A stretch of 56,458 bases of DNA from Armatimonadetes bacterium CG2_30_59_28 (GCA_001872605.1 MNXM01000308.1:4653-61110); one strand, 5' to 3'; counted from the first letter of the stretch, positions 46,088 to 56,223 are shown. Notes: generated from the sequence alone by a model not told the origin. Made by a program: numbers and translations.

Positions 46088-48124
46088 ATGCCGATGTCAG
46101 AAGAAGCAAAAGAAACCGGCTCCGCCATCGCGTCGAACTCCGAGCGCTCTCTCAAACTACCCTGGGAAAAGGTGGGCATCAGCCCGTTAGGGGGGGCGAA
46201 GCCTTTCGACGCCATCACCGATGTCTTCATCCCAGCGTGCATCCTGGGCATGGCGACATGCTTCGCCTATTTCCTGATCGAGGTCCGGGTAGTATGGTCA
46301 TCGTCCGGCGTCGACGCACTGCGCTATGCGTGTTTCTGGTTCCTGATGGCGGTGGTCCTCATTGCACGCTTGCGGACGAAGCATGGGGGTGCCGCTGTTG
46401 CCGCACCTTACCAGGTGGCCCTCGCAGGAGCGATGCTGCTCTTCATGTTCCGATTCTCCGGAGACGTGGGAGGGATTGCAGGTACTACGACTCGTATGGG
46501 CGGGCAGTCGTCATTGCTACTCGTCAACTGCTTCATCATAGCCATAGCGTGGTGGGGAATATCGCGATTGACCGACGAATGCACCTCCGAAGAAGACTCA
46601 GCGGACGAGTCCGAACAAGGATTGCTCTCCGGATTGAGCAAATCCTCTGAGCACACATCGGCTGGTGATACGCGCCTGGGTGAGAAGGAACTCTCGCGAG
46701 ATTTTTCCTGTCGCCGTCGCCATCCCGGAAGACTGGTCATCTACTTCGCTCTCGGCGCGTTGCTGGCATTTGGCGTCTGCCAGAAGGCACTTGCGGCGGG
46801 TGGACACGAGGCAGCGTCACGGGCGTTCCGATGGATGGTGGCCTACATCTTCTTTTCCCTGTTCCTGCTTGCGCTGACCAGTCTTTCCGGTCTCCGTCTG
46901 TATCTGCGAACGCGTAGCCTCAAGATGGAACCCTCCCTTCCGGCGAAATGGATGAGCGCCGCGACGATGGTCATCGTCGGTCTTCTACTGATGGCAGCCG
47001 TGATGCCTCGACTCGCGGCAACCGGACGCGAATGGATTGCCCGGAATCTTCCCGGCATTGGGAGTCCGTCAGTGCAGGAGCGGCCATTGTCATCCCCCGT
47101 AGAGGGATTTCGCGCGCCGCGGGGGGAGATGGGCGCGACCGAAGGCGAGTCGCCGGGGAGCAAAGGAGCCTCCGCCATCGACCAGGGCAAGTCCGGAGGC
47201 AAGGGAGCGCCAGAGCCTGGTGAAGGCGACGAGGTGAACCGACAGGCCGCCGGAACCGAGTCGGGCACGAAAGGCGGCCAGGGAACCGGCGACGAAAAGA
47301 CCGGACAAGGAAAGGGCGACAGCCCGTCGAATGACCAGGACGCCAGTGCGCAGGAAAACCGTCCACAACAGCAGGGCACCGAGGGTGAGCAGTCACAAGG
47401 AGACGCGCGTCAGGACGAAAGCGCAACTGGAGAGACGCAGAATCGTGATTCACGGGATGCCAGGGAGGATGCAGACGGGAATCGTCGCGAGCATCAACGC
47501 GAAGAACCCAATCCCCTGTTGGAGAAGCTCTCCCGCCTCCTCGCCCTTCTTGCAGCGATCGCAGCGGTATTGATCGCTCTGGTCGCCGTGGCGCGTCAGA
47601 TACCCGAAGTCCGGCAATTTTTACGCGATTTCAGGCCCCGCTTCCCACTCATCGCACTGCTCGCAGAGCGATGGCGCGTAATGGGAGACCGCCTGTCCCG
47701 TATGTTCTCCAACTTGCATCGAGGACGCGGCACGCCCGCTTCGCAAACGGCAAGACGTAAACAAGCGACCAACCCCTTTCGGTACGCCGGCTTTCTGGAG
47801 ACGGAAGCTCCCGCCGCGGCCGTGCAGCAGGCTTACGGATGTTTTCTCGAATACGCGGACGCTCGCGGCTTCCCTCGCCAAGAGCAGTGGACTCCCATCG
47901 AGTTTCTGCGCAACCTTCCGGAGGGGTTTGACGCGATTCGGGAGGAAGTTGCTCTGCTGACAAAGCTCTACGTCCTCGCATCCTACACACCGGCCGAAGT
48001 AAGCCCAACCGAACTTGAGCGCTTACGCTCACGGTGGGGCAAACTGGTTCAGGACGCCGAGCGCCACATCTTCGGGGCAGCCCCCGCGCCCGGAGACGCC
48101 CAAGCGTCCGGAGACGCCACATGA
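46088..48124 (+). CDS. Polytopic membrane protein with C-terminal DUF4129 domain
   Basis: Multiple TMs, G/E/Q-rich linker, C-terminal AY...RGFPR..WTPIEF...LTKLY..ASY. Confidence 0.78.
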   Translation: MPMSEEAKETGSAIASNSERSLKLPWEKVGISPLGGAKPFDAITDVFIPACILGMATCFAYFLIEVRVVWSSSGVDALRYACFWFLMAVVLIARLRTKHGGAAVAAPYQVALAGAMLLFMFRFSGDVGGIAGTTTRMGGQSSLLLVNCFIIAIAWWGISRLTDECTSEEDSADESEQGLLSGLSKSSEHTSAGDTRLGEKELSRDFSCRRRHPGRLVIYFALGALLAFGVCQKALAAGGHEAASRAFRWMVAYIFFSLFLLALTSLSGLRLYLRTRSLKMEPSLPAKWMSAATMVIVGLLLMAAVMPRLAATGREWIARNLPGIGSPSVQERPLSSPVEGFRAPRGEMGATEGESPGSKGASAIDQGKSGGKGAPEPGEGDEVNRQAAGTESGTKGGQGTGDEKTGQGKGDSPSNDQDASAQENRPQQQGTEGEQSQGDARQDESATGETQNRDSRDAREDADGNRREHQREEPNPLLEKLSRLLALLAAIAAVLIALVAVARQIPEVRQFLRDFRPRFPLIALLAERWRVMGDRLSRMFSNLHRGRGTPASQTARRKQATNPFRYAGFLETEAPAAAVQQAYGCFLEYADARGFPRQEQWTPIEFLRNLPEGFDAIREEVALLTKLYVLASYTPAEVSPTELERLRSRWGKLVQDAERHIFGAAPAPGDAQASGDAT

Positions 48125-49566
48125 CAGACATCCGACAGCGTCCCCACCGTCGACGGCGGCGCCATGCAATCGTTGCGGTTGCGTTCTTGATTGCGGGCTT
48201 CGCGAAGGTTGATGCCTCATCGCTGCGCGACGGGATCGACGCGTGTGCGCAAACCTCTTCGCTTCACGGCGCCATCGTCGGTCTCCTCATCCGGGATGCG
48301 GAGAGTGGCGCTGCGCTTTATGAGTTGAACACGGCCACCCGTTTCGTTCCCGCCTCCAACGTGAAGCTGATTACCGCGGCAGCGGCGCTGAAGACGCTCG
48401 GGGGCGCATACCGGTGCACCACCAGGATCACGGCCTCCACCGGGACTGTTGCGGCGGGCGTTGTCAGAGGAAACCTGTACCTGATCGGTTCAGGGGACCC
48501 CATGCTGCGGATGGAGCACATTGACGATCTCGCGAGACAGGTTGCACAGCGAGACATCCGATCCGTCGAGGGACGGGTGATTGGCGACGCGTCCCTGTTC
48601 TCCGGAAACCGCTGGCGCGAGGGATGGAACTGGGATTATCTGCAATGGTACTTCGCCCCAGAAGTTAGCGGTCTCTCGCTGAACCGCAACCAAGTCGATG
48701 TCATCGTGAAGCCAGGTCTGCCGGGTTCACCTGCACACATAAGAGCGGAGCCTGAAACTCCGTACATCCGGCTGAAGAATGACACGCAAACGGTGCGCGC
48801 GGCAAGTTCCGCGGCAGCGACCATTCAGTTTATCCGTCAGTTCGACTCTCGAACGATTCGGGTAGCAGGCCGCATCCCGGTGGCGTCGCCAACAATCACC
48901 CAGGGGATGAGTGTGCCTCGCCCCGCGCTGTTCGCAGCGGTTGAGTTGACCGAACGTTTGCGCAAACACGGCGTGTCGGTGCGCCACTCGCCCGCCACCG
49001 GCGCGTCACCCGGAACCGGTTTGCAGACCATCGCTACACGCATCTCCGTCCCACTCAGTGACATGATTGTTTACATGAACAAGCGCAGTGACAACCATGC
49101 CGCGGAGCAATTATTGTCCCTCATGGGGCGTCACGTTCACGGGCAGGGCACAGCGGACGCGGGGCTAAGCGCCGTTGCAGGTTTCCTGCGAGGGTGCGCG
49201 GTCCGGGACTCTGATTACCGATTGGCGGATGGCTCCGGACTCTCCCGCCACAATCTGCTCAGTCCGCAAGCCCTGGTCGAGGTATTGAGGCAAATGAGGG
49301 ATGACAAGACGTTCGTGGACTCCCTGCCTATCGCAGGGGTCGACGGGACTCTCCGGAACCGAATGAAGAACTCGGAGGCCAAAGGGAACGTGTCCGCCAA
49401 GACAGGCGCCATGTCCGGCGTGTGCGCCCTCTCGGGATACGTCCACCGCGCGGACGGAAGGCGCGTCATCTTTTCGCTGCTGATTAACAACCATGTGTCG
49501 TCTGCCCAGCAAGTTCGCGCCGTACAGGATCGCATTTGTGAAGCCGTCTACCGTGACAACTCATGA
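48121..49566 (+). CDS. dacB: D-alanyl-D-alanine carboxypeptidase/endopeptidase (PBP4, peptidase S13)
   Basis: PASNVK (SxxK), GSGDP, SDN, DGSGLSR, AGVDGTL, KTG. Confidence 0.94.
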   Translation: MTDIRQRPHRRRRRHAIVAVAFLIAGFAKVDASSLRDGIDACAQTSSLHGAIVGLLIRDAESGAALYELNTATRFVPASNVKLITAAAALKTLGGAYRCTTRITASTGTVAAGVVRGNLYLIGSGDPMLRMEHIDDLARQVAQRDIRSVEGRVIGDASLFSGNRWREGWNWDYLQWYFAPEVSGLSLNRNQVDVIVKPGLPGSPAHIRAEPETPYIRLKNDTQTVRAASSAAATIQFIRQFDSRTIRVAGRIPVASPTITQGMSVPRPALFAAVELTERLRKHGVSVRHSPATGASPGTGLQTIATRISVPLSDMIVYMNKRSDNHAAEQLLSLMGRHVHGQGTADAGLSAVAGFLRGCAVRDSDYRLADGSGLSRHNLLSPQALVEVLRQMRDDKTFVDSLPIAGVDGTLRNRMKNSEAKGNVSAKTGAMSGVCALSGYVHRADGRRVIFSLLINNHVSSAQQVRAVQDRICEAVYRDNS

Positions 49567-49672
49567 CAATGGGATATAATGGCGAAGTGCCACAAGGTCA
49601 AGGCGCCTCGGGACATTCATCACTCGCCGCTGGGCGTATGGGCAACCGCGAATTTTTCAGGAGGTCTCGACT

Positions 49673-50950
49673 ATGATTCCATCTCTGGACAGCAAAGCCA
49701 TCGAGCATAACTACACGCACGCCAAGGAGTCTTACGCCGCCTTTGCAGTGGACGCGGACGCGGCGCTCGATCGGCTTGCCGGTATCCCCATCTCCATCAA
49801 CTGCTGGCAGGGGGACGACGTGGGCGGGTTCGAGAACCTGGGAGGAGAGTTGACCGGCGGAATCGCCGCCACGGGCAACTATCCCGGCAAGGCCCGCACC
49901 GCCGACGAACTCCGCGGCGACCTGTCGAAAGTCTACAGCCTGCTGGCAGGCAAACACCGCCTTAATCTTCACGCCATCTACGCCGACTTCGACGGTGAGG
50001 TCGTAGACCGCGACGCTATCACTCCACAGCACTTCGCCCAGTGGATCGCCTGGGCGAAGGAAGAGGGCATTGGTCTCGACTTCAACCCCAGCTACTTCTC
50101 CCATCCGCGCGCGGACGACGGGTGGACATTGGCAAGCCGCGACAAAGGAACGCGGGATTTCTGGGTGCAGCATGGTCTCGCGTGCCGGGAGATTGCCGCA
50201 GCAATGGGGATAGCGCTGGGGACGATGTGCACTCACAACGTCTGGATCCCCGACGGCGAAAAGGACCTCCCCGCCGACCGGTGGACCCCGCGAGAATTGC
50301 TGAGAGAATCGCTGGATCGGATCTTCGCTGTGAATCTGGACCCCGCTCACGTGAAGGACGCCGTCGAGCCGAAGCTCTTCGGCATCGGATCGGAAGCCTA
50401 CGTGGTTGGTTCGTACGATTTCTACCTCGCCTACGCTATTGAGAACAAGAAGATGCTGTGCCTCGACACCGGTCACTTCCATCCCACCGAACAGATTGCG
50501 GACAAGCTCTCTGCGGTACTCACGTTCCTCGACGATGTGCTGCTGCACGTCAGCCGCGGCATCCGGTGGGACAGCGATCATGTCGTCATTCTCGGTGACG
50601 AGGTGCGGGCGCTGGCTGAGGAGATTATTCGGGGGGATGCCACAGATCGCGTCTTCATCGGTCTCGACTTCTTCGACGCCAGCATCAACCGCATCGCTGC
50701 CTGGGTCATCGGCGCTCGCGCCATGCAGAAAGCGCTGCTCCTCGCGCTACTCCAGCCGACGGGCATGTTGAAAGAACTGGAGGCAGCCGACGACCGCACG
50801 GCCCGACTGGCGATCATGGAGGACTTCAAGTCCATGCCCCTCGCCGCTGTCTGGGACTTCTTCTGCGACACACACGGCGTCCCCGCCGGCGCGGCGTGGC
50901 TGAACGACGTGCGGAAGTATGAGGAAGAGGTACTGTCGAAGAGAACATGA
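49673..50950 (+). CDS. rhaA: L-rhamnose isomerase
   Basis: CWQGDDVGGFE, TGNYPGKAR, LHAIY, KLFGIGSE, DTGHFHPTE, LHVSRGIRWDSDHVV, GLDFFDASINR. Confidence 0.97.
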   Translation: MIPSLDSKAIEHNYTHAKESYAAFAVDADAALDRLAGIPISINCWQGDDVGGFENLGGELTGGIAATGNYPGKARTADELRGDLSKVYSLLAGKHRLNLHAIYADFDGEVVDRDAITPQHFAQWIAWAKEEGIGLDFNPSYFSHPRADDGWTLASRDKGTRDFWVQHGLACREIAAAMGIALGTMCTHNVWIPDGEKDLPADRWTPRELLRESLDRIFAVNLDPAHVKDAVEPKLFGIGSEAYVVGSYDFYLAYAIENKKMLCLDTGHFHPTEQIADKLSAVLTFLDDVLLHVSRGIRWDSDHVVILGDEVRALAEEIIRGDATDRVFIGLDFFDASINRIAAWVIGARAMQKALLLALLQPTGMLKELEAADDRTARLAIMEDFKSMPLAAVWDFFCDTHGVPAGAAWLNDVRKYEEEVLSKRT

Positions 50951-51051
50951 CTGTCGTCCGCAGCATCGGCCATAAGGTTGGTGCTTGCCCATGCGGAATC
51001 GCGGGTAAGCACGCCGGTCGGCGTCCAACGGGACACATCTCGTGCTTCTGG

Positions 51052-51080
51052 TTGACGGCGGGTTGCCACGCGCGTATGAT
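51052..51080 (+). promoter_or_regulatory. sigma70-type promoter of the MNT-HEPN module
   Basis: TTGACG-17 bp-TATGAT, 23 bp upstream of the ATG. Confidence 0.7.
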
Positions 51081-51103
51081 GTCCGTCGGTGGCGGAGAGG
51101 AGC

Positions 51104-51451
51104 ATGACGGTGAAGCGTACAGGGCTAAATCAACAAGACGAGAGAACGGCCACTCGGTTAGCCTCGCATGTGCGGAGTCGGTTCGGTGAACGCCTTGTCC
51201 AGGTCGTTCTTTACGGATCGAAGGCCCGTGGCGATAGCACCGTTGAATCAGACACGGACCTGCTACTACTCTTCAAGGACCGTCCGGCGCATGATGAACT
51301 CAGGGAGGTGACATCGTTTCGCACCGAATTGGACATCGAGCACGGCACAGTCACGACCCTCTTGGTGGAGTCCGTTGATGAATGGAGGTCACCGGTGAAC
51401 AAGGCCACTCAGTTCTACCGGAACGTTTCAGAACAGGGGATTGAGCTGTGA
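51104..51451 (+). CDS. Minimal nucleotidyltransferase (MNT) antitoxin
   Basis: LYGSKARGDSTVESDTD (GS-x10-DxD); GAGGAG RBS. Confidence 0.9.
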   Translation: MTVKRTGLNQQDERTATRLASHVRSRFGERLVQVVLYGSKARGDSTVESDTDLLLLFKDRPAHDELREVTSFRTELDIEHGTVTTLLVESVDEWRSPVNKATQFYRNVSEQGIEL

Positions 51452-51855
51452 CTGAGGAACAGCGGGTGCTGTCTGGCTTGAGGATGGAAAACGCCCATGC
51501 CACGCTGGCTGAAGGAAGACTCTTGCTTGAGTCCGGGATGGTGCGCGGTTCGGTCAACAGGGCCTACGATGCGGCGTTTTACGCCGCTCGGTCAATCCTC
51601 GCGACACGAGGACTGGACGCGGCCAAACACTCCACCATTATCTCCCTGTTCGATAGAGAGTTCGTGAAGCCGAACATCCTGCCACGAGACCTCAGCAAAA
51701 CCCTCCACGATCTCTTTGATGCCCGGCAAGTGGGAGACTACCGGGACCGAATGCCGACCACCATCGAGGTCGCCGCGGAACTGACAGATCGCGCCACGCA
51801 TTTCGTCGAGCGTGTGGCAGTGCTGCTCGAACAACTCGAACCGCCTGCCGGGTGA
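51448..51855 (+). CDS. HEPN domain protein (putative toxin)
   Basis: NRAYDAAFYAA, KHS..ISLFDREFVK, RQVGDY; GTGA overlap with the MNT gene. Confidence 0.9.
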   Translation: MTEEQRVLSGLRMENAHATLAEGRLLLESGMVRGSVNRAYDAAFYAARSILATRGLDAAKHSTIISLFDREFVKPNILPRDLSKTLHDLFDARQVGDYRDRMPTTIEVAAELTDRATHFVERVAVLLEQLEPPAG

Positions 51856-51902
51856 TGATTGCTCCAGCCAGCAACACGATGACCGGGGTGACGTGCACCC
51901 TC

Positions 51903-51965
51903 GGGGCCGCATGGCTGAACGACGTGTAGAAGTATGAGAAAGAGGCGCTGGCGAAGCGGAGTTGA
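51903..51965 (+). pseudogene. Diverged duplicate of the rhaA 3' end
   Basis: 50/63 nt identical to 50888-50950; reads GAAWLNDV*KYEKEALAKRS* vs GAAWLNDVRKYEEEVLSKRT*. Confidence 0.85.
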
Positions 51966-51968
51966 GCG

Positions 51969-52043
51969 GTAGTGTAGCCCCTTGTGGGCGTCCATGACAA
52001 CCGAGGCATGGCTGACGCCCACAAGGGGCTACACTTACACTAC
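51969..52043. repeat. REP doublet (REPIN-like) with GTAG...CTAC ends
   Basis: Perfect 21-bp inverted arms GTGTAGCCCCTTGTGGGCGTC / GACGCCCACAAGGGGCTACAC. Confidence 0.8.
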
Positions 52044-52082
52044 AGGCGGCAGGACAGTACAGGCACGGAGGCACTCAAACGC

Positions 52083-53108
52083 ATGGTTAACGTTGGCATC
52101 ATTGGTATCGGTTTCATGGGCATGACCCACTACAAGGCGATGGAAAAAGTGAGAGGCGGCAAGGTTACCGCCATCTGCACTCGCAACCCGGAGAAACTGG
52201 CGGGCGACTGGCGCGGCATTCGGGGCAACTTCGGCGGGGATGGTGGTGTGCAGGATTTGTCGCGGGTTGCGCGATATGCCGAGCTGGATGACCTTATCAA
52301 TGATAAGAGGATCGATCTCGTCGATATCTGCCTCCCGACCTACATGCACAGGAACGTAACAATTCGAGCGCTCGCAGCGGGGAAGCACGTGCTGGTGGAA
52401 AAGCCCATCGCGCTCACCTTGCGGGACGCCGACGCAATGCTCGCCGCCGCGGAGAGAAACCAGCGGTTGCTGATGGTGGGGCAGGTGGTGCGGTTCTCCC
52501 CCCCGTTCGCGCACGCTCGCAACGTCGTCCTGAGCGGAAAGCACGGGGATTTGCTGGGGGCGCATTTCCGCCGCGTCATCTCGATGCCGGCATGGGGAGA
52601 CGAGGGACACTTCACCGATCCCGCCAGGTCGGGAGGACCGTCCATCGACCTCCACATCCACGACGTGGACTTCATCCTCTACCTGACGGGTACACCCGAA
52701 CGAGTCCATGTATCGGCAATCCGCGGCAAGAACGGCATGATTGTCTATCAGCAGTCCCAGTATTTCTACGAGAAAGCGACTGCATGCATCTCCTGCCAAA
52801 GCGGCGCCATCGCCATGTCGGGCCTCCGGTTTGAGCACGGATACGATATCTACCTGCAACGCGCCACACTTCAGTACAACAACCTCTTCACTGGGGACCG
52901 GGTGTGGACGTATACGGAAGACGGAGCAAGGAAGGAAGTCCTCCCGACGGGAAAGGATGCCTTTCTCACCGAGATGCAGCACGCGGTAAACTGCTTGGGA
53001 ATGGGAATGCAGTCGGACATCATCTCCGGCGCTCAAGGAAGGGAAGCGTTGCGCGTGTGTCTGAAGGAACAGAACGCGGCGCTCTCCGGCAGAACAGTGC
53101 GCGTGTAA
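52083..53108 (+). CDS. Gfo/Idh/MocA family oxidoreductase
   Basis: VGIIGIGFMG, DICLPT, HVLVEKP, GQVVRF, SGG..IDLHIHD. Confidence 0.93.
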   Translation: MVNVGIIGIGFMGMTHYKAMEKVRGGKVTAICTRNPEKLAGDWRGIRGNFGGDGGVQDLSRVARYAELDDLINDKRIDLVDICLPTYMHRNVTIRALAAGKHVLVEKPIALTLRDADAMLAAAERNQRLLMVGQVVRFSPPFAHARNVVLSGKHGDLLGAHFRRVISMPAWGDEGHFTDPARSGGPSIDLHIHDVDFILYLTGTPERVHVSAIRGKNGMIVYQQSQYFYEKATACISCQSGAIAMSGLRFEHGYDIYLQRATLQYNNLFTGDRVWTYTEDGARKEVLPTGKDAFLTEMQHAVNCLGMGMQSDIISGAQGREALRVCLKEQNAALSGRTVRV

Positions 53109-53140
53109 CGTGAGGATTGCGTGCAAAACGGAGAACACTC

Positions 53141-53668
53141 ATGGTCACCATTTCCGCTGAAAGTATCGAGTCAGCCATCGCTAAATTGGAGGATCCGTCC
53201 GACGAAGAATTCAGATCATTGAACCAGCGATTCATGCGTGAACAGGGACCGGCGGGGGTCTTCATCATGGCGATGGGGGACGAAGACCTCTCACAGGCTG
53301 CCGTGGGGCTTGCCCTGTTAATGGGAATGCACATCTGGTGTGTCTTCGACGCGGTGTGCCCGTCCGGGATGCCACAAGTGTCGCCGGAGACGCTCATGGA
53401 AGCCTATGAGAACCGTGAGACCTGGCTGGAAAGCTTCATCGGGGTGGACGAGGACGAGATGACGCGCTGGCTGCAGATTACTACTGAGATGCCGCAAGAA
53501 TTCGTCGCGCGCCACGTGATCGTGAATCTGATGGAGACCGCCATGAACGCGGAGGAGGAGTTGCACTTGTCGGAGGCGGAGATGGGAGTCCTTTTCTGGG
53601 TTCTTGTCTCCGTAATGGATGCCTTTGATGCCGCGTTCCAGGAATCGGTGAAAGGCGTCCCGCATTGA
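53141..53668 (+). CDS. Hypothetical acidic protein
   Basis: Clean ORF with GGAG RBS, 4-bp overlap with the MFS gene; no family recognised. Confidence 0.7.
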   Translation: MVTISAESIESAIAKLEDPSDEEFRSLNQRFMREQGPAGVFIMAMGDEDLSQAAVGLALLMGMHIWCVFDAVCPSGMPQVSPETLMEAYENRETWLESFIGVDEDEMTRWLQITTEMPQEFVARHVIVNLMETAMNAEEELHLSEAEMGVLFWVLVSVMDAFDAAFQESVKGVPH

Positions 53669-54951
53669 GCTTCATCCATTCCCTCGACCGCGCCTATCTC
53701 GATTTCTTCCGGAAGTACCCCGCGATAGCGCTCGTCGGGCTGGTCTCGTTTCTCGGAGAGTTTGCTTTCGGCATCGTCCTGGTGATGCTACCGCTCCATC
53801 TGGTGGCCGCCTTTGGCGACCAGACAATGGTCGCCTCACTGCGCATTGCCACTGTGCGCCTGATCACGTACAGCGTCGCGGTTTTTGCGGTCACCGAGAT
53901 GGCGTTGCAGGCCCCGATGGGGCACCTGAGTGATCGCGTCGGTCGTCGATCAGTGGCGATGCTTGGGATCGTTCTGTCCTCGTGTGCGCCCTGCACCATG
54001 TACTTCGCGCAAGCGCCGCTGCTCTTCGTTATTGTTCGTGTGATGGACGGGATTGGTTCCGCGGGACTCTGGTCGTCCATCATCGCGCTGGCCAGTGACC
54101 TGACCGAGTCTCGAGACCGCGCCACTTCGATGAGCGTGGTGAACACCAGTCGAATGCTGGGGCTGGCCCTCGGCCCCTCCACCGGGCTCTGCGTTGCTCA
54201 TCTGACTGGGAGCAATCGCAGCCCGTTCGCAGTATCCTTCTTCCTCTTTTGCGTGGTTCTCATTGTGTGCGCGCTGCTACTCCCCCGGCAGAGCAAGAGA
54301 GGCCCGACGGACCCCGACGCGTCGCGCAGCAAGCGAATGGAAACGGGGGGGCTTCTCGCCTGGGCTCGTGAGGCGGCGGTGACACTGCGGCAGACTCCGG
54401 CGTTGGGTGTTATGCTGGTAACGTATGTGGCGCTCCAGTTTGGGGTGACGCTTCCAGCGCCCATCATCCCCGTGTACGCGAAAGAGTTTCTCGGCTTCTC
54501 CGAGAGGGAAATGAGTTTGGCCTTCCTGATTCCGGCAGTAACCGTCGCCGTGATCTCGCTTCCATTGGCCCGCCTTGCCGACCAGTACGGAAAACTTCGG
54601 GCAATCAAGCTTTCACTGACCATCTGCACGGTGGGAATGCTCCTGGTTCCACAGTTCCGCAGCCTGTTCCCCGTCATGGCATGCATCGGGATCCTCGCGG
54701 TGGCGTACGCATGGGGGATTCCATCGTGGCTGGGACTCACCAGCGTGATGGTCCCCGCGGACCGACAGGGCCTGACGATGGGCATGATGAACGCTGCGAG
54801 AGGCGTGGGCTTCTGCCTCGGGCCCATTGTCGGCGGAGAAGCATGGGTGCGCGGCGGCCCCACCGCGCCCTACTATGCCAGCGGTTTGCTATTCGCCGGT
54901 TGTCTGGTTGCCATTCTCTTGCTGCTAAAGTCGCCGGAACCGGGCGTGTGA
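53665..54951 (+). CDS. MFS transporter
   Basis: About 12 TMs; motif A GHLSDRVGRR and LADQYGK. Confidence 0.93.
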   Translation: MSFIHSLDRAYLDFFRKYPAIALVGLVSFLGEFAFGIVLVMLPLHLVAAFGDQTMVASLRIATVRLITYSVAVFAVTEMALQAPMGHLSDRVGRRSVAMLGIVLSSCAPCTMYFAQAPLLFVIVRVMDGIGSAGLWSSIIALASDLTESRDRATSMSVVNTSRMLGLALGPSTGLCVAHLTGSNRSPFAVSFFLFCVVLIVCALLLPRQSKRGPTDPDASRSKRMETGGLLAWAREAAVTLRQTPALGVMLVTYVALQFGVTLPAPIIPVYAKEFLGFSEREMSLAFLIPAVTVAVISLPLARLADQYGKLRAIKLSLTICTVGMLLVPQFRSLFPVMACIGILAVAYAWGIPSWLGLTSVMVPADRQGLTMGMMNAARGVGFCLGPIVGGEAWVRGGPTAPYYASGLLFAGCLVAILLLLKSPEPGV

Positions 54952-55023
54952 TCCACAACAATCCACGCCGCAAGCCGGCTGGTGCGGGAAGAATGGAGTG
55001 GTGGGCAGCGGCGCCTGGTTCGC

Positions 55024-55121
55024 TCGGGATATGTATCCCCACCGGAACCTTTCGATGGACATCCGTCCTGAATGGGGGGGAATCCCCTGAGAAAGCCGCG
55101 TCGGGGATACATATCCCCGAC
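55024..55121. repeat. Inverted pair of palindromic GGGGATAYRTATCCCC-type units
   Basis: tcgggatatgtatcccc (55024-55040) and gtcggggatacatatccccgac (55100-55121). Confidence 0.6.
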
Positions 55122-55158
55122 GATCACTGTAACCCGTATTTTCCGATCTCTCTGAGAG

Positions 55159-56223
55159 TTGGTGAGGAACGTGCCAGAATACCGAATGGATGAACCCCGA
55201 TTCGGTTGGTCGGTTCATTGTGGCATGCCCGCTCTCGGAAAGTTGGCTGGCGTCCCCCACCACCGTCTGTTCTACGACCTCGACGCCATCATCGAGGCGT
55301 ACACCGTTGGTAAGCCGCGCGCCCTTGAGATTTTCGGGCATGACATCACCATTCCGCCGCCTTTCTGGGAAGGCATCAGCTATGGTCACGCCAACGCCCT
55401 TGGGTGCGAGTTGGTTTTCCCTGAAGACAGCGAGGTAGCGACGCGTCCCATCTACGGCAGTCTGGAGAAAGGAATCGACGCGCTACGACAGGACATCGAC
55501 TTCTCGGCGAGTGGGCGCATCCCATACTACCTCGACTTGTGGAAGAAGCTGCAACGCGCCTTTCCGGAAGAGCAACTCTCGTTCGGTGGTCTGAAAGCAG
55601 AGGGCCCCATGACCACGGCGTGGATACTCCGTGGGCACGACTTCTTCACGGACGTGTACGATGATCCTCCGCTCGCAAGGGAGTACCTCGCCGCAGTGAC
55701 GGACAGCATCATCCAGTTCCAGCGATTCATTCGCCGAGTCAACGGCGCGCCGGAGGTGTCGGAGTGGGGCGTCGGGCTGGTGGATGACATCGCCGCAATG
55801 TTCCGCCCCGAGCTGTGGCCGGAATGGGTCATCCCGTTTGAGGAGCAGTACTTCCGCGGGCTGACCACCCATACGGGGCCCACGACGGGCAAGCGGCACG
55901 CCCACATCGAGAACCTCGCGCCGTCCCACCTTCCGTATCTCGACACGATGGACATCTACAGCTTCGATCCGTCCGTGTCGCCGCGGCTGACACCATCGTT
56001 GGTGCGCGACGGCTGCAGGTCGCGTTTCTCCTGGCTGCTGAACCCGATGCAACTCAGGGACTTCTCTGAAGAAAATGTGAGGCGATGGGTCGAGGAGTCC
56101 GTAGCGGGGGGAGCCTCGCACTTGGAGCTGCACATTGAGCGGATTGCCTGCGATGTTGCGTCGGCACGCAAGTTAGCGGCCTTTTTGAAGTCTGCAAAGA
56201 ATGGTCGAAGCACCCACGGCTGA
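55159..56223 (+). CDS. Divergent UroD-like TIM-barrel protein
   Basis: EGPMTTAWILRG.DFF.D, DDIAAMFRPELW, HAHIE; start uncertain (55159/55171/55186). Confidence 0.65.
   Translation: MVRNVPEYRMDEPRFGWSVHCGMPALGKLAGVPHHRLFYDLDAIIEAYTVGKPRALEIFGHDITIPPPFWEGISYGHANALGCELVFPEDSEVATRPIYGSLEKGIDALRQDIDFSASGRIPYYLDLWKKLQRAFPEEQLSFGGLKAEGPMTTAWILRGHDFFTDVYDDPPLAREYLAAVTDSIIQFQRFIRRVNGAPEVSEWGVGLVDDIAAMFRPELWPEWVIPFEEQYFRGLTTHTGPTTGKRHAHIENLAPSHLPYLDTMDIYSFDPSVSPRLTPSLVRDGCRSRFSWLLNPMQLRDFSEENVRRWVEESVAGGASHLELHIERIACDVASARKLAAFLKSAKNGRSTHG

Noticed and set aside
50888-51965. rhaA 3' duplicate as a DGR template/variable repeat pair, given the Avd-like gene in the window
   Set aside because: Mismatches are not adenine-specific and no reverse transcriptase is present
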